Positions 46,978-53,857 of a stretch of DNA of 64,000 nucleotides are shown here, in pieces. The stretch is from a virus, in the IMG/VR virus record IMGVR_UViG_3300045988_180190; one strand, 5' to 3'. Made by a program: the position numbers and the translations under genes. The stretch's first letter is position 1; every line of letters starts with the position of its first letter. The notes below the pieces were generated by a model. It was not told where the DNA came from, did no database searches, and saw only the letters and a list, made by a program, of their open reading frames with translations.

Positions 46978-47370
46978 TCAATTTCTACCTGTTAGTGCTT
47001 TGATATCGTCTTCTATGTCTTTTACAGTATCCCCCTCATTCACACGCTGTTGCAGCTCCCATATTTTTTCTTGGGCTTCTTCTGATATAGTTTGATCTTC
47101 TGGACTAAGAAAAACACGAGTCTCTTCAATTAAATTTTGGGCCTCTGCCCAATTCTTTATCCATGATTCAATCTCTGGAGATACCTCATAGTCCATGTTA
47201 CCTTTGTAACTTGCAGATTCTTCAGCTTCTAGACTTTCCAAAATATCAGAAGCCATTTGCATTCTTATTCCACTTGTTTCGGGGACCCAATCCAGAAATG
47301 AGTTTTTCTTGTAGATTTTCAATAGCGATGCGACATCATTAACGTTTAATACAATCAATTCTTCATCCAT
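46978..47370 (-). CDS. acidic hypothetical protein
   Basis: 130 aa, ATG start. Confidence 0.55.
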   Translation of the reverse strand: MDEELIVLNVNDVASLLKIYKKNSFLDWVPETSGIRMQMASDILESLEAEESASYKGNMDYEVSPEIESWIKNWAEAQNLIEETRVFLSPEDQTISEEAQEKIWELQQRVNEGDTVKDIEDDIKALTGRN

Positions 47371-47384
47371 AATTTTTTTCCCAT

Positions 47385-47422
47385 ATACACGCCAAATAGG
47401 TTACGTCTTCTATTGGTAGTTT
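47385..47422 (+). repeat. 38-bp perfect direct repeat, copy A
   Basis: atacacgccaaataggttacgtcttctattggtagttt, identical to 47796-47833. Confidence 0.9.
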
Positions 47423-47453
47423 ATTCATTGATAATCCCGAAAGGATACGTAAT

Positions 47454-47477
47454 AGCTTGTCTAGTGAGTAGTTGACT
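47454..47477 (+). mobile_element. orphan IS200/IS605 right-end fragment
   Basis: agcttgtctagtgagtagttgact is identical over 24 nt to the right end of TnpB element 3 (60817-60840). It lacks the left arm of the hairpin and has no tnpB. Confidence 0.7.
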
Positions 47478-47739
47478 TAATTTTGCAAGGACAAGATTCT
47501 GCATGAATAATGTGGACACCACCATCAGTTGTTCCTGCTCTTACAATAATATATTCATGGCCTTTGATTATGTATAGTTCTACTACCTTGATGCGACCAT
47601 TCCACAAACACATTGCATCAACGCGTTTAATGTGTTTTGTTTTATTAGTGTTATTAGTAGGAGTATTATTGCACTTGGGACAACCCCATGTAACAGTGCA
47701 CAGTGCAATAGTGCATATAAGTGTAATTATTGATTTCAT
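47461..47739 (-). CDS. small secreted or lipoprotein-like protein
   Basis: MKSIITLICTIALCTVTWGCPKC signal-like N-terminus. The last codons (KSTTH, stop) are supplied by the orphan IS right end. Confidence 0.5.
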   Translation of the reverse strand: MKSIITLICTIALCTVTWGCPKCNNTPTNNTNKTKHIKRVDAMCLWNGRIKVVELYIIKGHEYIIVRAGTTDGGVHIIHAESCPCKIKSTTH

Positions 47740-47795
47740 TTCTTTTCTTTTGATTTTGTTTAAAGTTGGTAGACCTGGTGGGACACGACCCCACA

Positions 47796-47833
47796 ATACA
47801 CGCCAAATAGGTTACGTCTTCTATTGGTAGTTT
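47796..47833 (+). repeat. 38-bp perfect direct repeat, copy B
   Basis: Identical to 47385-47422. The spacing is 411 bp. Confidence 0.9.
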
Positions 47834-47837
47834 TCCA

Positions 47838-48125
47838 TTAAAGCTCCTTAATGATTTCAATGCGGCTAAATCTAGCATTTTCGCCAAGGAGCCATCTCTT
47901 AGGAACGAAAACCTCTTCAGGCAGCCAATGTACTGCATCAGAACCTTCAGGATCCCGAATTTCAATTTTATAATAACGTTCATCCTTACTGACTTCAGCT
48001 ATTTGCAATACCTTCACTTCTAAATATATGACAATATTAATGCGTTCGCCTCTATCTTTGAAATACAGTTCACTTTCATCTACGCTTGCTAAATATGTCT
48101 TTCCTTCTTCTAGTAGTATTTCCAT
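47838..48125 (-). CDS. small hypothetical protein
   Basis: 95 aa, ATG start. Confidence 0.55.
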   Translation of the reverse strand: MEILLEEGKTYLASVDESELYFKDRGERINIVIYLEVKVLQIAEVSKDERYYKIEIRDPEGSDAVHWLPEEVFVPKRWLLGENARFSRIEIIKEL

Positions 48126-48164
48126 TTTAACGACTCCTTTTTTAGTTTAGGTTCATCAAATAAA

Positions 48165-48237
48165 AGCCAGCTGTCGGGGTTGAACCGACAACCTTCGCTT
48201 TACAGGAGCGTTGCTCTACCAATTGAGCTAAGCTGGC
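48165..48237 (-). tRNA. tRNA-Thr (TGT), unusual C at position 33
   Basis: Acceptor gccagct/agctggc, D arm gctc-aattggta-gagc, anticodon arm acgct-ccTGTaa-agcga, T arm gtcgg-ttcaacc-ccgac. Confidence 0.7.
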
Positions 48238-48621
48238 GTTAAAGGGTTAACCCGCAGAGAAAACCGAAAACTGCGGGAGCAGCTTAGGGGACTGGCTGCC
48301 ACAGTCGTAGGAAAAAATAAATTGGGGATTTATTAGCTTATTAAAACATTAAAGTTTCTATCACCCTGAACCGCTTAAAGCGATCAGATGGTGTCCCCGA
48401 AAGCTACTTGCCTAACCTAATTACAAGCCCGTGGAAGTTGAGGGTTTTTGTGTGCAATTTCAGTCTTCATCCGAATTTGCCCTTGTTTATTGCATTTAAA
48501 CTAAATATTCAAATGCAACTATTTAGACTATCTCCACTTTCTCCGACTCTCACCCTGAAGATAGGTGGTTTCATCCCTCGGAACAAGGATTAGCGAAATG
48601 CTTGAAAATGAACTAAAATAA
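48238..48621 (-). ncRNA. candidate structured ncRNA filling the spacer between tRNA-Pro and tRNA-Thr
   Basis: 384 nt on the same strand as both tRNAs, relatively GC-rich, with no credible ORF. Stems include cccgcag/ctgcggg, gcagc/gctgc and cgcttaaagcg. The decamer ttcagggtga occurs twice. Confidence 0.35.
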
Positions 48622-48696
48622 TCGAGTAGGAGGGATTTGAACCCCCAACCCCATGCTCCCAAAGCACGTGCGCTAGCCAGATTGCGCTACTACTCG
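48622..48696 (-). tRNA. tRNA-Pro (TGG)
   Basis: Acceptor cgagtag/ctactcg, anticodon arm cgtgc-ttTGGga-gcatg with G37, T arm ggggg-ttcaaat-ccctc. Confidence 0.9.
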
Positions 48697-48772
48697 TTAA
48701 AGAAACCCCGAACATTTGGGCATTACAAAGAGGCCTTCGGGGTGTGTTATGAATCAATCAACACTATTGTAT

Positions 48773-49498
48773 TTATAATGTCAAAGCATTTTTATGCTTT
48801 TTATAGATTTTTTTCATATCTTTTAGAAAAGATACTGCTTTATCGTATTTACGTCGCACTATACTGCGTTTGTTAGGGTGCTTTATTTCAAGTTCAAACA
48901 TAAAGTCTTCTAAGGTTCCGGAGAAATTTTCATGCCAAATTATGTCCAAAGTAATATCGTACGTCAGCATTTCATTATCTTCCCCTAGACGATTTATACT
49001 TACAATGGTGTCGTCTATGTATGCACAACTTAGATTAGTATTCCTAAACTTTACGCTCTCCAAATTTACTCGTTGCAGTTTTGCATAACTTAAATCTGCA
49101 TAGGATAGTTCTGTATTTTCCATTACAGCTCCTTCCAGTGTTGCCCCATTTAATTGGGCTCCAAGTAAATCTGTTTGTTTTAGATTTGCACCTTTTAAGT
49201 TAACGTGACTTAAATTTGCGTAATTTAGATCTGCACCTCCTAAATCTGCCCCGCATAATATTGCATATTCTAAATTTGCATTGTAAAGATATGCTCCGCA
49301 CAGATTTGCATTTTCTAAGTTCGCATCACGTAAATCGGCATTATCCAGTTCAGCATAACTTAAATTAGCACCACGAAGATCAAGTCCCCTTAAGTCTGCA
49401 TAGCTTAAATTTGCGCATTGTCCCTTATTGGCATTTTCAACCCATTTTTCATGACGTTTGAGTATTTTACATAATTTCGTTCGAGTCATAACTCCCAT
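48773..49498 (-). CDS. pentapeptide-repeat protein (A[D/N]LxX beta-helix) with a distinct C-terminal domain
   Basis: About 25 consecutive pentads: ANLSYADLRGLDLRGANLSYAELDNADLRDANLENANLCGAYLYNANLEYAILCGADLGGADLNYANL... Confidence 0.9.
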   Translation of the reverse strand: MGVMTRTKLCKILKRHEKWVENANKGQCANLSYADLRGLDLRGANLSYAELDNADLRDANLENANLCGAYLYNANLEYAILCGADLGGADLNYANLSHVNLKGANLKQTDLLGAQLNGATLEGAVMENTELSYADLSYAKLQRVNLESVKFRNTNLSCAYIDDTIVSINRLGEDNEMLTYDITLDIIWHENFSGTLEDFMFELEIKHPNKRSIVRRKYDKAVSFLKDMKKIYKKHKNALTL

Positions 49499-50021
49499 AT
49501 ATTTTTTCCCAGGTATAAGTTACAACTGGACCAAATTCTTCTTTGATTGGTCCACGGCATGTCTTAACTGGAGAAACAACGCTCCAAGCTTTCAACATAG
49601 TAGGGTTTGATGAATCTTCATCAAAAGGCTTTGTAATATGATACCACCTATCGTTTAATCGCAGTTTCCCCAAGTATATTGCAAGCTCAAACTTACCTGT
49701 GGTAGTATTGTTATCTACCTTGCATGGTTTATTGAATTCAAGTTTTTCGTCTGCAACAAAAAGTTCATCTGTGATTGCGTTGACAACTTTGTCCAAATAA
49801 GCATCGCGCTCGGAGTTGTTGCTAAAATCTTTTGACACAATTTGATTATCAGCAGCCCAGTAATTGCCCCTTAGGTAAATCCCCCAATCTTCAAGATAAG
49901 GTGAAGCTTTAATTCTCACAAACCCTGTTTCTTTAAGATGGGGCAAACCGGTTTGTTCTACTATTTTCATGGCTAAGGTTTTATCTGTTAGCCAAAAAGC
50001 CAATTTTAATTTTTTGCTCAT
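49467..50021 (-). CDS. tandem paralog P1 (MSKKLK...ERDxYL...TYTWE family)
   Basis: MSKKLKLAFWLTDKTLAMKIVEQTGLP ... SERDAYLDKVVNAITDELF ... VVTYTWEK. The stop is lost relative to its siblings, so the tail overlaps the pentapeptide gene start. Confidence 0.7.
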   Translation of the reverse strand: MSKKLKLAFWLTDKTLAMKIVEQTGLPHLKETGFVRIKASPYLEDWGIYLRGNYWAADNQIVSKDFSNNSERDAYLDKVVNAITDELFVADEKLEFNKPCKVDNNTTTGKFELAIYLGKLRLNDRWYHITKPFDEDSSNPTMLKAWSVVSPVKTCRGPIKEEFGPVVTYTWEKIYGSYDSNEIM

Positions 50022-50040
50022 GTTTATTTTCCTTTCTTAG

Positions 50041-50373
50041 TTAAGCCCTCCAAATGAGGGTCAACGTTTCCCCACTTCGTATTTCACGGGGTCTTTCCTT
50101 GTTAAATAGCTCCTCGGAAATGGCACGTGTATAATGAGTTAAAGCGCGATCGCGCTCTTCATTATCCTCATAAAAATAGGACGGGATTGCCCGAAATGTT
50201 CGGGTATCTTGCTCCCACCCCCAGAGACCAATTTTATACCTCTCTAAAAATTGTCCGTTTGTTATACGGACATTTCCAAAGTCCTTAAAATGAGGCAAGC
50301 CCCGTTGTTCAAGTACCTGGAATGCAAGTGCTTCATTTGCTATCCAGAATTTTACTTTTAATTTTTTACTCAT
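50041..50373 (-). CDS. tandem paralog P2 (short form)
   Basis: MSKKLKVKFWIANEALAFQVLEQRGLP ... EERDRALTHYTRAISEELF. Confidence 0.7.
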   Translation of the reverse strand: MSKKLKVKFWIANEALAFQVLEQRGLPHFKDFGNVRITNGQFLERYKIGLWGWEQDTRTFRAIPSYFYEDNEERDRALTHYTRAISEELFNKERPREIRSGETLTLIWRA

Positions 50374-50451
50374 GTTGCATTTCCTATCAATTGTTTATAA
50401 TCTTTGTGGTTATACATAGGAGTAACCTTACGGCACCCTCTATGAAGTTTC

Positions 50452-50787
50452 TTATTTCTCTTCCCAAGTATATATTGTTACGGGACCATCAACTTTTACT
50501 GTAGGTTGACTTGTGAATAATTCGCTAGAAATTTGTTCAACAATTTTCTTTAAGTCCCTATCTCTTGATTCTTTACTTGTATAAGTTATGGAGTCCACGT
50601 CGTGAGCTACCCATTTACTTTCTGGTAAAAGTAGGCGAAAGTCGTCATAGGTAAATACAGTTAGACAATCCCCACCTACACGAATATACCCATTTTCTTT
50701 GCTTTTACGGAATCCTACGCTTTCCACTAGTTTGATCACTAGTGTTATGTCATCAGCCTTCCAAAAGGCTAGTTTCAGCTTTTTCAT
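50452..50787 (-). CDS. tandem paralog P3 (short form)
   Basis: MKKLKLAFWKADDITLVIKLVESVGF ... ESRDRDLKKIVEQISSELF ... TIYTWEEK. Confidence 0.7.
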   Translation of the reverse strand: MKKLKLAFWKADDITLVIKLVESVGFRKSKENGYIRVGGDCLTVFTYDDFRLLLPESKWVAHDVDSITYTSKESRDRDLKKIVEQISSELFTSQPTVKVDGPVTIYTWEEK

Positions 50788-50986
50788 ACTTCTTCCTTTC
50801 GGTTAAAAGCCATTTTTTAAATTCTTCATTATCGTCCGCTTCTGGAATGTCATATATTCCATTATCTTCCCACTCTCCGAAAAACTGCATCTTGCCTTGT
50901 GGCTTCTCCTTTATCCAAAGTTTAAAGGGCTGTTTGATTTTAGCGATTCGGTGGTAGTGCCATGCTTCGTAGCGATTCAGTTTCAC
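50753..50986 (-). CDS. small hypothetical protein between P4 and P3
   Basis: A likely GTG start overlaps the P4 stop (GTGA) and gives KLNRYEAWHYHRIAKIK... The start is uncertain. Confidence 0.35.
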   Translation of the reverse strand: MKLNRYEAWHYHRIAKIKQPFKLWIKEKPQGKMQFFGEWEDNGIYDIPEADDNEEFKKWLLTERKKYEKAETSLLEG

Positions 50987-51486
50987 TTCTCCTCCCAAGT
51001 GTAGGTGACTACGTTCTCCCACTCATCAATAAGAGGCTTTGTTTGTTTCGCTATCGGGCGGGCGTATGTACAAGTACACCAACTCAGTGTTCCATTCTCT
51101 ATAATGAATCTCATTTCATAACGGTCGGGCAATATAGCTAAGAGTCTATATTTGCGCCAAGATACACCATCATCACTAACCTCACACATCTCGCCGATGT
51201 TAAGCTCATCTTTGCCCGTGAACAGCTCGTCCGTGATTGAGTTGACTACTTTCTGCAAATACTCGTCTCGCTCGGCGTTAGTTTCAAAGTGTATTGGGGT
51301 TAATTTAAGATTTGCATAGTGAAGATAACCTCTAAGCCAGACGACATTGTCAGAAATCAATGCCGGCGAATCATTTATCCTAACATAACCGTCCCCTTTT
51401 TCTTTCGGCAACCCCTCTTGCTCCAATATTTGCATTGCCAGTGCTCGTTCTGCTTTCCAAAACTGAATTTTCAATTTTTTACTCAT
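50983..51486 (-). CDS. tandem paralog P4 (long form)
   Basis: MSKKLKIQFWKAERALAMQILEQEGLP ... NAERDEYLQKVVNSITDELFTG ... GEMCEV ... ARPI ... VVTYTWEEK. It is preceded by aaaggaggagaaataatt. Confidence 0.75.
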   Translation of the reverse strand: MSKKLKIQFWKAERALAMQILEQEGLPKEKGDGYVRINDSPALISDNVVWLRGYLHYANLKLTPIHFETNAERDEYLQKVVNSITDELFTGKDELNIGEMCEVSDDGVSWRKYRLLAILPDRYEMRFIIENGTLSWCTCTYARPIAKQTKPLIDEWENVVTYTWEEK

Positions 51487-51488
51487 AA

Positions 51489-51653
51489 TTATTTCTCCTC
51501 CTTTTGTTTAAGTTCTTCGAGTTCCGTCTCCAAATCAGTAATCTTCTCTCTTTGACATTCGCAAGGAGATACATATATCGTATTGCCATGAACAGAAGCA
51601 TCTAATTTAGCTCCGCATTCATCGCATTGAACTTCGATTTCAATTTCAACCAT
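51489..51653 (-). CDS. small zinc-ribbon plus coiled-coil protein (54 aa, below the ORF-track cutoff)
   Basis: My translation is MVEIEIEVQCDECGAKLDASVHGNTIYVSPCECQREKITDLETELEELKQKEEK. It exactly fills the gap between P5 and P4. Confidence 0.45.
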   Translation of the reverse strand: MVEIEIEVQCDECGAKLDASVHGNTIYVSPCECQREKITDLETELEELKQKEEK

Positions 51654-51654
51654 A

Positions 51655-52164
51655 CTATTTCTCCTCCCAAGTACAGGTGACTATATTCCCAGATTCCTCG
51701 ATAGTAGGCTCTGTGTGCTTGACAATAGGGCGGGCGCAAGTCCAAGAAGAGTACTCAGCAGGGCAATCCGCCCATTCAACAATAAATCGGTTTTTATATT
51801 GCTCTGGAAGAATCTCCAGAAGTTTTCTTTTCCGCCACCGTTCGCACTCATCGTCTCTCACCTCGCACATCTCACCGATTTTAAGCTTCCCTTCGCCCGT
51901 GAAAAGCTCGTCCGTGATGGCGGAGACAACCTTCTGTAAATACTCGTCGCGCTCGGCGTTGCTATTAAAACATCTGCCTTGAGGATGATAATTATACTTA
52001 TCTGCTTCTCCGTGAAGAAATATAATGTCTCCTTCAAACGCTGGTTGTATTACAATTCTAACGCGTCCATCAATCTTTCGTTTCGGCAAACCCTCTTGCT
52101 CCAATATTTGCATGGCAAGAGCCTTTTCAGCCTTCCAAAACTGAATTTTCAATTTTTTACTCAT
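51655..52164 (-). CDS. tandem paralog P5 (long form)
   Basis: The true ATG at 52164 gives MSKKLKIQFWKAEKALAMQILEQEGLP ... NAERDEYLQKVVSAITDELFTG ... IVTCTWEEK. Confidence 0.75.
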   Translation of the reverse strand: MSKKLKIQFWKAEKALAMQILEQEGLPKRKIDGRVRIVIQPAFEGDIIFLHGEADKYNYHPQGRCFNSNAERDEYLQKVVSAITDELFTGEGKLKIGEMCEVRDDECERWRKRKLLEILPEQYKNRFIVEWADCPAEYSSWTCARPIVKHTEPTIEESGNIVTCTWEEK

Positions 52165-52166
52165 GT

Positions 52167-52658
52167 TTATTTCTCCTCCCAAGTGTATATATCTTCGTTG
52201 ATTTTCGGTTCTATCCGACGCTCAATCGGACGGGCATACATAAAACCCGTCCAATCATTGTCCTGACCGTTTTCCATGATATAACGGTTTGCAAATCTTT
52301 TAGGCAAAATTGTTATAATTTTTCTTTTTTCCCATTCATCATTCTTGTAATTTCGCACTTCACACAACTCCCCTGATTTCAGCATTCCTTCATTGTTTTT
52401 TCCAAACTGTTCTTCGCTTATCCAGTGGATAACGTTTTTAAGGTATTCGTCGCGCTCGGCGTTTGTATCAAAATGTTTTACAGGAATGCTCAAATTGCCG
52501 CGTAAATCTTCATCACAAAGATAAATACGGTCGCAACAAAGTTCGGGGAATCCCGTACCTACATGTTCAGAATCTCGAAAGCTCCCCTCTTGCCCCAATA
52601 TTTGCATTACGAGGGCTCTTTCAAATTTTACGAATCGGATTTTTAGTTTTTTAGTCAT
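52167..52658 (-). CDS. tandem paralog P6 (long form, most divergent N-terminus)
   Basis: MTKKLKIRFVKFERALVMQILGQEG ... NAERDEYLKNVIHWISEEQF ... GELCEV ... ARPI ... DIYTWEEK. Confidence 0.75.
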   Translation of the reverse strand: MTKKLKIRFVKFERALVMQILGQEGSFRDSEHVGTGFPELCCDRIYLCDEDLRGNLSIPVKHFDTNAERDEYLKNVIHWISEEQFGKNNEGMLKSGELCEVRNYKNDEWEKRKIITILPKRFANRYIMENGQDNDWTGFMYARPIERRIEPKINEDIYTWEEK

Positions 52659-52680
52659 AGTTATTTTTACCTTTTTCTTT

Positions 52681-52740
52681 TTATATTTATCTTCTTCTTT
52701 TTATATTTATCTTCTTCTTTTTATATTTATCTTCTTCTCT
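52681..52740. repeat. 20-bp tandem repeat x3
   Basis: ttatatttatcttcttcttt twice, then ttatatttatcttcttctct. It spans the 3' end of ORF 52687..52884 and lies just upstream of P6. Confidence 0.9.
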
Positions 52741-52884
52741 TTGTTCTTTTATTTTTAAAGCAGCACGATAAATAGCATCGCACCTAGGATTATTTTCTCT
52801 TAGCGACTCGTATGTCTCAATAGTTGAGTCTAAGTGCTTATCGTTTAGCGACATTAAATCTCTTACGATTTCCCAAGCTTCCAT
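52687..52884 (-). CDS. small hypothetical protein whose C-terminus is encoded by the 20-bp repeats
   Basis: 65 aa, ATG start. The tail EEDKYKKKKINIKRRR is read in three different frames of the repeat unit. Confidence 0.45.
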   Translation of the reverse strand: MEAWEIVRDLMSLNDKHLDSTIETYESLRENNPRCDAIYRAALKIKEQREEDKYKKKKINIKRRR

Positions 52885-52899
52885 TTGTGATGCTCGTTA

Positions 52900-53079
52900 C
52901 TATACATCTTTGTTCTCGGATGCTTTTGGGTAATTTAATACCTCTATGTCTCTTTTGCTGAGTGAGCGTCTATAGTCTATTATTATTGGACGCACCGCAT
53001 ACAGAGTTAATGCCATCCCAAGAAAAGCTCCTGCTATGGCTATTAAAACAGCTATTACACAATAAATTGCGATATTCAT
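52900..53079 (-). CDS. small single-pass membrane protein (59 aa, below the ORF-track cutoff)
   Basis: My translation is MNIAIYCVIAVLIAIAGAFLGMALTLYAVRPIIIDYRRSLSKRDIEVLNYPKASENKDV. Confidence 0.35.
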   Translation of the reverse strand: MNIAIYCVIAVLIAIAGAFLGMALTLYAVRPIIIDYRRSLSKRDIEVLNYPKASENKDV

Positions 53080-53080
53080 C

Positions 53081-53314
53081 TTAGTTGACTTCCTTTCTTA
53101 TTTCTTTAGTAATTCTTCTTTTTAAAATTGCTCTACGGCGATGAGAGCCTCGCTTTTGAGCATTGCGACGAGACCTATTGCACCTACCGGTCTCGTCCCA
53201 ATATCCTAATGGCTTTCCATTATCACGCACGTCTGCACAAGAAAAGGCGCCGCCATCACTTTTTAATAATTTAGCATGTTTTGCCTTAGGCGTATCTTTG
53301 CTTGTTCTACTCAT
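53081..53314 (-). CDS. small highly basic protein
   Basis: 77 aa, Arg/Lys-rich (RNAQKRGSHRRRAILKRRITK). Confidence 0.45.
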   Translation of the reverse strand: MSRTSKDTPKAKHAKLLKSDGGAFSCADVRDNGKPLGYWDETGRCNRSRRNAQKRGSHRRRAILKRRITKEIRKEVN

Positions 53315-53642
53315 GACATAGATTTTTTGCAGCCTCTTCGGTTAGCTTGATTGACATAATCTGCAGAGATTTCGCCTCATTTTTCCAAATGTAAAGCTTT
53401 CGATTTATCTCTTTTAAGAAATCTCTCAGCTCTATATTCTTTTTCCTCAACCGAATGGCTTTACCTTTATACTTATCGTTTTCAGCTTGTAGCTCTTGAA
53501 TGCGACTTTTGAGTGATTCCTCAGTTGGAGTAAAATATTCACCAACTAAGCAATCTGTTTTGGTGCATTTTGCTTCGCAATATTTCGAGTTATAAAATGC
53601 ACAGTTCTCACAATTAATATCTATACCATACTCATCTTTCAT
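53307..53642 (-). CDS. Cys-cluster plus coiled-coil protein (paralog of 54168..54620)
   Basis: MKDEYGIDINCENCAFYNSKYCEAKC ... RIQELQAENDKYK is shared with MKDKNGINIECQNCEAFEYCKDS ... RIQELQELVSTLK. Confidence 0.55.
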   Translation of the reverse strand: MKDEYGIDINCENCAFYNSKYCEAKCTKTDCLVGEYFTPTEESLKSRIQELQAENDKYKGKAIRLRKKNIELRDFLKEINRKLYIWKNEAKSLQIMSIKLTEEAAKNLCHE

Positions 53643-53857
53643 TTTATAACGTCTCCAAGTTTTTCGATAATAATAAGATTAGGTGCAACAGACGCTTTGA
53701 TAAGGGCTGGAATTACAGACATAATTAAGTGTGCCAATGCAAATGCGAGTCCAAAAATGGCTCCCCCAAGCATTACAATAAACACTGCACGTTCGTCGTT
53801 TTTATCAAACCACCACATGCGTCCACCACAACAAACATCTAGTATGGGTTTTTGCAT
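53639..53857 (-). pseudogene. N-terminal fragment of a SAM-dependent (DNA) methyltransferase fused to a hydrophobic tail
   Basis: MQKPILDVCCGGRMWWFDKNDERAVF is a typical MTase motif I region, followed by the unrelated hydrophobic sequence IVMLGGAIFGLAFALAHLIMSV. A strong gaggagga RBS precedes the ATG at 53857. Confidence 0.45.

Noticed and set aside
47510-47983. ORFs 47510..47830 (+) and 47666..47983 (-)
   Set aside because: They overlap the small secreted-protein gene, the 38-bp repeat and the 47838..48125 gene in other frames. They have no motifs and are likely spurious.
52681-52740. Possible CRISPR array
   Set aside because: The three 20-bp units are directly adjacent with no spacers, and no other repeat-spacer structure is present in the window.
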